This document shows, in pieces, positions 28,195-36,357 of a stretch of DNA of 36,996 bases. The notes beneath the pieces were generated by a model, which saw only the letters and a program-made list of their open reading frames with translations, searched no databases and was not told the origin of the DNA. The translations under genes were made by a program, and so were the position numbers. Source of the DNA: a virus (lineage: Duplodnaviria; Caudoviricetes); IMG/VR virus record IMGVR_UViG_3300034091_000019, positions 1 through 36,996 of that record; one strand, given 5' to 3'. Numbering within the stretch: position 1 is the first letter of the stretch; each line of letters begins with the position of its first letter.

Positions 28195-28632
28195 TTAAGA
28201 TGCCGGTGCCTGAGCAGGGGCAGGGGCAGGAGCAGGGGCCGGAATAGCGGCGCTAAGAGCCGTTGACGCCGTGGTAAGACTTTGTGCGGAGGCGGTTAGA
28301 GCAGCGGTTATCGGCGCAAGTTGCGCGTCGGTTATTGGATTTCCGGCTGCAATCTGGGCCTGGAGAGAAGCAATCGTTTGGGCCTGAGTAGTAATTTCGG
28401 AAGCTTCATTGTTAATAGCGTTTACTGCGTTTGTCATAGCGGTTTCTGCGTTTGTAATTGCGTTTTCTGCCGCTGTTGCTGCCGCTGTCAATGCGTCCAA
28501 TCCAGAATCGTCTGACATTTTGACCCTCCAGTTTAGTTGCGCCAAGGCTTTTTTAAGCCGTGACAAGGTTAATTTTACTTCTGTGAATGATGCAAATACT
28601 GGCTGAAATTCAGCCGGGGCTTTTTGCTCCAT
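28195..28632 (-). CDS. Ala-rich coiled-coil protein with a PAPAPA tail; two possible starts (28632, 28518)
   Basis: Both ATGs have a GGAGG RBS. Confidence 0.7.
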   Translation of the reverse strand: MEQKAPAEFQPVFASFTEVKLTLSRLKKALAQLNWRVKMSDDSGLDALTAAATAAENAITNAETAMTNAVNAINNEASEITTQAQTIASLQAQIAAGNPITDAQLAPITAALTASAQSLTTASTALSAAIPAPAPAPAPAQAPAS

Positions 28633-28641
28633 TGGAGCCTC

Positions 28642-28935
28642 CTAGCCGATTCTTGAAGCCTCATCCTGTGCCGCAGTTTCACCAGCCGCCGCTTCCTGAA
28701 GCCCATCGGCGTTTGAAGACTTTCCCTCTTCGGCATGGTCTGAAAGATCCTGTTGAGCAGCAACTTCCGGCTGAAAGGTTGTGTCGTCAACACGGGTTGT
28801 AGGCTGTGCAGCCGTTTCATCGGCATCTTCGGCTTTCTTTTCTTTCACCAGGTCAACAACCGCCTCCACACCTTTAACTGCTTCCCCGGCTACTTCAATT
28901 CCTTCCATTACTTCGCTTGCGGTAATTCCTCCCAT
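28642..28935 (-). CDS. Acidic hypothetical protein
   Basis: AAGGAG RBS. Confidence 0.65.
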   Translation of the reverse strand: MGGITASEVMEGIEVAGEAVKGVEAVVDLVKEKKAEDADETAAQPTTRVDDTTFQPEVAAQQDLSDHAEEGKSSNADGLQEAAAGETAAQDEASRIG

Positions 28936-28965
28936 AATAAACTCCTTTCTGGTTATACTGCGTTA

Positions 28966-29009
28966 TTGACATCCTCCCCGCCCTGAACGACGGGGTTTTA
29001 CGGCCCATC
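28966..29009 (-). mobile_element. Minimal IS200/IS605-family end remnant (PATE-like palindrome)
   Basis: Minus strand GATGGGCCGTAAAACCCCGTCGTTCAGGGCGGGGAGGATGTCAA: CCCCGTC/GGCGGGG hairpin ending in TCAA, as IS605-group ends do. Confidence 0.65.
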
Positions 29010-29255
29010 CTAATAAATATTTGCGTCAAGTCGCTGATTTACCTTATAAAGCATTCTCCCAAGATAGCCTTGAAGAAGGAAAAGGTTATCAGAGCCGGTG
29101 TACTGGTAATAATGCGCCTTATCCCGGCGATAAGTTATTACAACCGCCTCTAATATCTCACCTTTTTTAGCATCTTCAAGGAGTGATTCCAACATTTCAA
29201 CCACATCCTCTTTATAACCTGTATCGGCAATTTCAAGTTTTTTTATATCGGCCAT
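29010..29255 (-). CDS. Conserved phage hypothetical protein
   Basis: VVEMLESLLEDAKKGEI motif; GGAG RBS. Confidence 0.75.
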   Translation of the reverse strand: MADIKKLEIADTGYKEDVVEMLESLLEDAKKGEILEAVVITYRRDKAHYYQYTGSDNLFLLQGYLGRMLYKVNQRLDANIY

Positions 29256-29286
29256 GATCTACTCCAATACCACAAAATCATTTCTT

Positions 29287-29634
29287 TTAAAATGGAATTT
29301 CGTCTTCTTCGGGTTCGATAGGTTGATGTCCTGCTTCATCATCGTCACTATCATAGCTAATCATCATCGGCAACTCGTAGCTTTGGACAGGTGCAATTTC
29401 CAACCGCTTGACTAGACCACGGGCAATTTCTTCCGAGACAAAACTGATTGCGTAAATTGCACCCTGTCCGTACAGTTTTGTGAATCCAGGAGTAGTTCCA
29501 TTCTCAGGCACATCAACACGGACAAATGAACAACCGCCTAGAGTGTGTTCTGATATTTTACCAGCAATCCGAGAATGACCAAACAATTCAACAAGCGCCC
29601 ACTGATCTTTAACTTTCAATTCTTCTGTTTCCAT
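29287..29634 (-). CDS. Conserved phage protein with an SSB-like acidic tail
   Basis: WALVELFGH.RIAG...FVRVDVP...FTKLYG..AIY; ends in EEDEIPF; AAGGAGG RBS before METEE. Confidence 0.75.
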   Translation of the reverse strand: METEELKVKDQWALVELFGHSRIAGKISEHTLGGCSFVRVDVPENGTTPGFTKLYGQGAIYAISFVSEEIARGLVKRLEIAPVQSYELPMMISYDSDDDEAGHQPIEPEEDEIPF

Positions 29635-29702
29635 ACCATCCTCCTTACTAACTACCTTCATTAGTTATTCCTTCTTCTAGGCAAGGTTTTGACTTTTATA
29701 AT

Positions 29703-29771
29703 ATCAGAGAATCAGAGAATCAGAGAATCAGAGAATCAGAGAATCAGAGAATCAGAGAATCAGAGAATCAG
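29703..29771. repeat. Perfect 8-mer tandem repeat (ATCAGAGA)x8 plus 5 bp
   Basis: Read directly from the sequence. Confidence 0.97.
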
Positions 29772-29772
29772 C

Positions 29773-29950
29773 ATTACATTACATGACAAGCCGTGTAATG
29801 TAATTACATTTAATTACACCTTAATTTATAAAGGTTTTTTTGGTAATTCGGACTTAGCTTCATGAGGATGAGGATTTTGATGCCTCAAAAAATTCTCAAT
29901 ATATCCCACCCCGTCATGGCATGTAATTAAATGTAATGACATTAAATTAC
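29773..29950. promoter_or_regulatory. Origin-like cluster of TGTAAT/ATTACA repeats
   Basis: 11-bp inverted repeat 29773-29783/29794-29804; 16-bp inverted repeat 29803-29818/29922-29937; lies in and just after the initiator-like gene. Confidence 0.55.
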
Positions 29951-30143
29951 ATAACATCTTGTCTATATCAATACCATTATCATAAGGGAAAATAACCCCT
30001 CTAATTTTTCTTGGTTCCCATTTAAACCGACCTTCTCGGTCCGCATAACACCACAAACCTATAAAAAGTAATCTTGATTCAAAAGGAAGTTCTGCTAATT
30101 CTGCATTTTGGAAAAACCCAGGTTTAATATTTCGCGATCTCAT
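29826..30143 (-). pseudogene. Phage replication initiator N-terminal domain, apparently truncated
   Basis: MRSRNIKPGFF...RLLFIGLWC.ADREGR...NF.RHQNPH is the N-terminal pattern of phage replisome-organiser proteins; stops at 105 aa with all three frames closed shortly after. Confidence 0.7.
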
Positions 30144-30152
30144 TTTATCCCC

Positions 30153-30341
30153 TTATTTGATATGTAAGGGGAATTTATAATCTCGTAAGTGGGCTATTTT
30201 CTTCCAGAATTGATAAGCAGACATAGAATGAAGGCATTTTGCACAGAAGGAATAATCAAATCCAGCCATACCAAAAGCAATACCAATTGATTGGACTGAT
30301 AAGTTTTTAGTTATGCATGTACCGCAAAATTCACATTGCAT
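30153..30341 (-). CDS. Small zinc-binding protein
   Basis: CEFC...CAKC; GGAGG RBS. Confidence 0.65.
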   Translation of the reverse strand: MQCEFCGTCITKNLSVQSIGIAFGMAGFDYSFCAKCLHSMSAYQFWKKIAHLRDYKFPLHIK

Positions 30342-30360
30342 AATCCCTCCCTAGAATAAA

Positions 30361-30401
30361 GAAACCCCGACAAGTAGGGGCAAGCTACTTAACGGGGTTT
30401 C
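30361..30401 (-). terminator. Long hairpin/attenuator
   Basis: GAAACCCCG..AAGTAG-CTTGCCC-CTACTT..CGGGGTTTC followed by UUUAUU. Confidence 0.65.
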
Positions 30402-30652
30402 AAGGCTCCACCCGCTAGGGGTAGTAAGCCATTCTTGACAAAATACGCACTTGCCCTGCGTTGTCTTTATTTAATTTTTTAGGAGCGGGGAGGCCGTGTA
30501 CTTTAGTCTCCCCTTGCGGTAAAGTTGACCGCCACTACAAGCCCGATCCACTTTGGTATTAAGGGAGAGCGGGGACGTGATTGTTGGTAAGGGGTGCCGG
30601 GGAAATCCGCCCCGGTTCGGTATCCCAAAAGGAGTCTCACTATGACGGAAAC

Positions 30653-30681
30653 AGAATGAGCTTCTTTGCCGAAATTGTCAA
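30653..30681 (-). promoter_or_regulatory. Putative sigma70 promoter
   Basis: TTGACA-N17-CATTCT. Confidence 0.5.
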
Positions 30682-30700
30682 TAGAAATTTATAAATAATT

Positions 30701-31147
30701 TTACAGCCTCACCAGATCATTCCCAGGCATTATGATTTTCTTCTCTTCCGGTACTCCCCACCCAACCATGAATTGAGGAAGCACCTATAAGTGACGGAGG
30801 TTTGCCACATTCACGATGTTCCGATCTTCCGGGTAGACTTCCACGGCATACTGATCACCATAGCCTGCCTGTCGCTTGATTTCCATAAGCTCATCCCAGG
30901 AAAGATTATCCTCAAACTGGTTTTGCTGATTCAATGAAGTCCGGTTACAGGAAAGGCGGATTACATTTTGACCTTCCTGAAATATCTGTACAGCGTACTT
31001 CTTGCTGATCAAAACCTTTATCCGGCTAGGGTCATCATCATACGGCCAGTCCAACCGGGCAACCAGAGTAAGTTTGTCAGGTCTCTTTGCGTTTTCCTTT
31101 TCTAAAAACTTCCTTCTAAGTCTCATCTCTGTTGCTCGTTTGGTCAT
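30701..31147 (-). pseudogene. Conserved phage protein interrupted by TAG at a Trp position
   Basis: SWDEL..IK...AVEVYP....VNVAN.RHL[TAG]VLP...GW; the frame continues 27 codons to TAA at 30701. Confidence 0.65.
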
Positions 31148-31974
31148 GATTTCCTCTCCCACATTTCTTTATTCAAGCCATCCCTATGACTAAAAGTCCA
31201 TCATACTGACTTATTATTTATCGACAGACTTCCATAAGCACGACATTAAAGAAAAAGATCGTTCGTAAACTGTCATAGCGCTCTCCTTGTTATGAAATAT
31301 GTATCCTCTTAAAGTCGGAAATATGTAAATCATGAAATAAGGAAAGATGTCAAAAAAATATTTTAAAGATTTTTTTAAAAAATCAGGAAGCGTTTTTTAA
31401 AGTCAAGGGAGTAAAAACCGAAAACTGTAGATTGAATTGTAAACAGGGAGGAGCCTATAGATATAAAGATAGGACGGGGGTGGGGGTCGGAGGCATACAG
31501 GAAAAACGATATCTGTATAGTCATATATAAACCTATCCATATACACAATTATCCGTTTATATATGAAAGTATCTGGCAGACAGGCAACGGAGACCAGGGA
31601 CCTGGACCAAGTGACACGACCTGGAGACGTAGAACGTTTAAAGATAAACTATAGCGGATTGTAGGATGATACAGGCCGTTACAGGCAGGACGTTACATAA
31701 CGTTGTAAGTTATTGATTCTATTATGTATATAGAAATACATGGTCAGATAATGTTTATTATGTCAAGTACGCAACTTTCTATATACAACGGTAAATCATA
31801 TAGTTATAACCCGCCATGAAGGTGAGAACGTAGAGACCACTATATATAGTCACGGCTTGACCTCAATCGGTTTGTTTTCCAAATCCGCCGAGCTTCGATT
31901 AGAACAAGCACCGCAGGAATGGAAAGATGATTTTTCGGATAATGCTAAAAATGCCCCCAGTGGCAAAATATTAT

Positions 31975-32256
31975 TCATTTATGTCCCGTCATCGCGGCCA
32001 CATACTGAGGGTGTAGCTTCAGTGGCTCTAACTGGGGAATACAAACCACGGGAGACCTAACCGCTATTACAGTCAACTCTGTGCCATTTGGACCGGAAAA
32101 GAATTCTTGCCGTTTATTACCCGCCTCACAACGGTCAACCATGTCGCAGTATTCCCGGAGTGTTTTGACAACTTCGACAGACAATAAACTGTCATCAAGA
32201 GTTGAGTTTTTTAAACAAATAATCACGGTGGCAGTATCTTGATTTTGCATATACAA
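31975..32256 (-). CDS. Hypothetical protein
   Basis: AAAGGAG RBS; same strand as terS. Confidence 0.45.
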   Translation of the reverse strand: MYMQNQDTATVIICLKNSTLDDSLLSVEVVKTLREYCDMVDRCEAGNKRQEFFSGPNGTELTVIAVRSPVVCIPQLEPLKLHPQYVAAMTGHK

Positions 32257-32425
32257 AAATGACTCCTTTGGTTGCCGGTCTAGAAGAAAGCGAGTTTTAA
32301 CAGGACTATGAAAACCTTTTATATCTTATTATTCGCAATAACGCCACAAAAAAAGGATAAGTTATTGATAATTCAATCACCCAGGCGACGGTTTTTTTGA
32401 TATACCTTTTAAAATACCCTCAAAA

Positions 32426-32884
32426 TTATTCTTTATGCTCCAAGAGCTGCGCTTTCTCCATGATCCGTTTGCAGACCGCAGAGATTGCCAGGGCAGTTTC
32501 CAGACTAGCTATATCCCGTTGTGGCGTCTCAATGGATCCGTTTAGCTCCAGCTTGTCGCCATATTTCTTAGGATTCAACTTGCTGGTATACCACATTCTA
32601 GCTTCCATTTGGTTTTTAACCGTTTTTGGATCTTTACCACTATCCGATAATTCAACGACTTGGTGAGCCATAAAATCGGTTTGAGCGCTTTTCGCATGCA
32701 CGTACTGCTCAGACCACGCGCCGCCCTCGCTGAGCCATTGCAACACCGTTGTAGGGGTTGGAAGATAGCTTTTTGCGTCGCATATCGCCTTTAACGACAA
32801 ATCACTAAACGCAGTATCTCGGCAAATTATTAACATACATCTTTTTCTATTAAACTTAAATGTACCTTTCCGACCTTTAGGCAT
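32426..32884 (-). CDS. terS: Terminase small subunit (Sf6/P22-like)
   Basis: SLKAIC...P..TTVLQWL...QY..AK..Q.D...D...ARMW..SKLNPKKYGDK. Confidence 0.88.
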   Translation of the reverse strand: MPKGRKGTFKFNRKRCMLIICRDTAFSDLSLKAICDAKSYLPTPTTVLQWLSEGGAWSEQYVHAKSAQTDFMAHQVVELSDSGKDPKTVKNQMEARMWYTSKLNPKKYGDKLELNGSIETPQRDIASLETALAISAVCKRIMEKAQLLEHKE

Positions 32885-32981
32885 ATATCCCCCTTTTAAA
32901 AACCTCTTTTATAACCTCTCACACCTATAGTCCTATTCAATAATTCATATACATAGATTAAGAATCAATTCTATTGACTAG

Positions 32982-33010
32982 CTTATACCATATTAGAAGC
33001 AACTATGCAA
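32982..33010 (-). promoter_or_regulatory. Putative promoter for terS
   Basis: TTGCAT-N17-TATAAG with an extended -10 TG. Confidence 0.45.
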
Positions 33011-33411
33011 TCGTTGCGGAGAGTGACGTTTTTTGTTCCCCAAAATTGTCACTATTAGAAATGATTATGTCAAGTTGAGTATACCCTGATTCTTAAATAC
33101 CTGATAATACGAGTATAAATAATTATCATTCTTAAACCGTTTTTGGTATCCGGCTTGCAGTATATATCTGTAAATAACGGCGGAGTAGGGGAGAACACAC
33201 CGATAGCAAACGATCCGCGATACAGCGCCCGACTGTGATAACCCTTTGAACGCTTTGAGACGCAATACTTGATAGCGTCAACTAGGCTGTTCAAACCAAC
33301 CACAAAGGAGATAGAGACATGCAAACTTATGATCCTGAAAACGATTATTGTATCGAGTATGAAGCCCCAGAAATACGGAGCGCACAACGTCATTTTGAAG
33401 GAGTGTTAACC

Positions 33412-33618
33412 ATGACCACCAAGCACAGCCACGGCCCGAACTTCGGCAACCTCGTTGACACTTGCCCCCGTTGCCAAGAATTGAAGAACGGAGCGCCAGC
33501 CGTTAAATGGTCCGGCACACTTCGCAAAGAACAGGAAGCAAGATTGATCCAGGACATTAAAAACCATGACTGTAAAAAATCCGGTTGTATGTTAGTTTGT
33601 ACCGCTTTCGATTGGTAA
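33412..33618 (+). CDS. Small Cys/His-rich protein; an in-frame upstream start exists at 33319
   Basis: AAGGAG RBS; H.HGP.FG...CPRC.EL...H.C..SGC..VCTAFDW. Confidence 0.7.
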   Translation: MTTKHSHGPNFGNLVDTCPRCQELKNGAPAVKWSGTLRKEQEARLIQDIKNHDCKKSGCMLVCTAFDW

Positions 33619-33652
33619 CATAAACCAACCCACCAAAGGAGGAATTTAAACC

Positions 33653-34586
<934 letters not shown>

Positions 34587-34635
34587 CCGACCAGGAGCGA
34601 GCCGGGCGCTATATCCCGGCAAAGGAGTACAAGAC

Positions 34636-34833
34636 ATGACCTTATTAAAGGCGGATGCCTATAGTGAGAATTATTTCAGGGGATACTTTGCCAGTGTTCC
34701 TAAAAATGAGATGTATATCACTTTCAAAAGGTTGGTAGGCTCAATCTGTTACGCTCCAGATGCAACGGACGGTTTCATTGCGCAGTCACTGAAAAACCTT
34801 GTCAAAGCGCTTTCGGAAGGAGAAAAAGCATGA
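34636..34833 (+). CDS. Hypothetical protein
   Basis: AAAGGAG RBS preceded by a GCCGGG/CCCGGC hairpin. Confidence 0.65.
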   Translation: MTLLKADAYSENYFRGYFASVPKNEMYITFKRLVGSICYAPDATDGFIAQSLKNLVKALSEGEKA

Positions 34834-34979
34834 TGAATCATGTCTATACTGTTATCTTTTCACCTTTTTGGGATACTATCGGCGGTTATGCCGTGCTAAT
34901 CGGCGCAGCCTTTTGCACGGTCTACAGCGTAATTTGGTGGCTATGGACACCGCCACGGAAGGAAGTGAAACATGACTGA
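34830..34979 (+). CDS. 49-aa single-pass membrane protein
   Basis: ATGA-coupled; hydrophobic IGGYAVLIGAAFCTVYSVIWWLW. Confidence 0.55.
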   Translation: MMNHVYTVIFSPFWDTIGGYAVLIGAAFCTVYSVIWWLWTPPRKEVKHD

Positions 34980-35136
34980 AGAGGATTTTAGAAAGTATGT
35001 TTATTTCCTTGCTAAACTTCATGCAGCCGGGAAATTTACCGCACTTGAGACAGGCCGCAAACTTCACGACGTTGCTTGTCGATATTTGCAGGATCATGAA
35101 ACCTTGCCGAGAGGATATGAAGGCTTTGATTATTAG
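34972..35136 (+). CDS. 54-aa hypothetical protein
   Basis: MTEEDFRKYVYFLAKL...; AAGGA RBS. Confidence 0.5.
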   Translation: MTEEDFRKYVYFLAKLHAAGKFTALETGRKLHDVACRYLQDHETLPRGYEGFDY

Positions 35137-35186
35137 GCTTTGATTATTATAATCCTTCCCGGCGAAGGCTTTGACTTCCCGAAACC

Positions 35187-35224
35187 ATTATACAAAAATG
35201 CCATTTTGCCTGTCAAGATGGCAT
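35187..35224 (-). promoter_or_regulatory. Consensus sigma70 promoter with an overlapping operator-like palindrome
   Basis: Minus strand TTGACA-N18-TATAAT; ATGCCATTTTG-N5-CAAGATGGCAT. Confidence 0.65.
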
Positions 35225-35278
35225 AATAAACTATTTTATACTCATAACGTGCTACGAATTTGAAAGAAAGGTGATGAT

Positions 35279-35398
35279 ATGACATACAAATGTCCTATAT
35301 GTGGTGAGCGATACGGCTACAAAGAAACAGAAACAGAAGTAACTTGCCTTGCCTGTGGAACCGTTTTTCCGAAGGTGCAAAATGAAAATCCAACCTAA
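35279..35398 (+). CDS. 39-aa zinc-ribbon protein
   Basis: MTYKCPICG...CLACG; AAGGTG RBS. Confidence 0.6.
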   Translation: MTYKCPICGERYGYKETETEVTCLACGTVFPKVQNENPT

Positions 35399-35849
35399 TC
35401 AAATGTGCCTTTTATATTTTTGCCCAAATAACTTTTGCTATGGCCTTTTCGTAACGGATCGGCAACCAAAAACAGAAGCGTTAACCCGTAGCATTTTAAA
35501 AAGATACCCTGAAATTGCAAGAAAGATTTGGAGTTGGAAAAAGAAGGAAGGTCTAAGTTGTGGATCGGAAAAAATTAAGTTTGCTTCCCCAAATTTTGAC
35601 ATTGAATTACATTCACATTACCCAGGAAAAGAGCCACATTTACCCGTAGAGCTTGCAAAGCAGCACGGTTACAACAGCGTCTTAAATCCCTTCAAAGGGG
35701 GAGTAGAAATAAGGTTTGACGGAGCCGTGCCTTCAGAATTAACCGAAGTTTTGAAGGCTTACGGCTTTCGTTATTCAGGAACACTTAAATTATGGTGGGC
35801 AAAACAGACACCGGAAACAATCAGGTTTGCAAAAAAAATGAAAGGATGA
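35382..35849 (+). CDS. Protein with a C-terminal domain seen in polyvalent/early MGE proteins
   Basis: GVEIRFD...LKAYGFRYS...LWWAKQTPE motif. Confidence 0.6.
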   Translation: MKIQPNQMCLLYFCPNNFCYGLFVTDRQPKTEALTRSILKRYPEIARKIWSWKKKEGLSCGSEKIKFASPNFDIELHSHYPGKEPHLPVELAKQHGYNSVLNPFKGGVEIRFDGAVPSELTEVLKAYGFRYSGTLKLWWAKQTPETIRFAKKMKG

Positions 35850-35908
35850 AAAATTTTTCTTTACAAATTGATTACATGTTGATATTTTTGCTCTCGGAGG
35901 ATTTGAAC

Positions 35909-36091
35909 ATGGTTTTAACAAAACTTGCCAAAATAAGAGAATCAAGGGGATTATCACCGGAGCAACTTGCCGTTCTTGCAGGTATGTCATATAACACCGT
36001 AAGACGCGCCGAGAAGGGTAAGGGGATTATCCTTAACAACGCCAAAGCGATTGCAAAAGCTCTTAAATTAAAAATCGATGAATTACAATAA
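35909..36091 (+). CDS. XRE/Cro-family HTH regulator
   Basis: LAKIRESRGLSPEQLAVLAGMSYNTVRRAEKG; GGAGG RBS. Confidence 0.9.
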   Translation: MVLTKLAKIRESRGLSPEQLAVLAGMSYNTVRRAEKGKGIILNNAKAIAKALKLKIDELQ

Positions 36092-36104
36092 AGGAGATCA
36101 TTAT

Positions 36105-36341
36105 ATGGCAGATTTACGAAGTCTAGCTATTAACGCGACGGCAAAGCATTTGCCAAAGAAAACCTCACGAATCACACCAGCACCGGAGCCGATTGAAACA
36201 AAAACAGACTGGAATCATTACGGGCCAATTCTCCGCGACACACTGTCAACAGTTTTGCGCCATATCAGCCGCACAGGTATTCAGCACATTGATATTGTCA
36301 ATGCACGGCAACTTGTCAAGGAAATTGAGTTAAATAAATGA
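36105..36341 (+). CDS. Hypothetical protein
   Basis: AAGGAG RBS before MADLRS. Confidence 0.6.
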   Translation: MADLRSLAINATAKHLPKKTSRITPAPEPIETKTDWNHYGPILRDTLSTVLRHISRTGIQHIDIVNARQLVKEIELNK

Positions 36342-36357
36342 GGAGGGATTTAAACTA

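Noticed and set aside
31144-31276. Small gene after the AAGGAG RBS at 31276
   Set aside because: The frame closes after 20 codons; possibly a decayed gene, but not supportable
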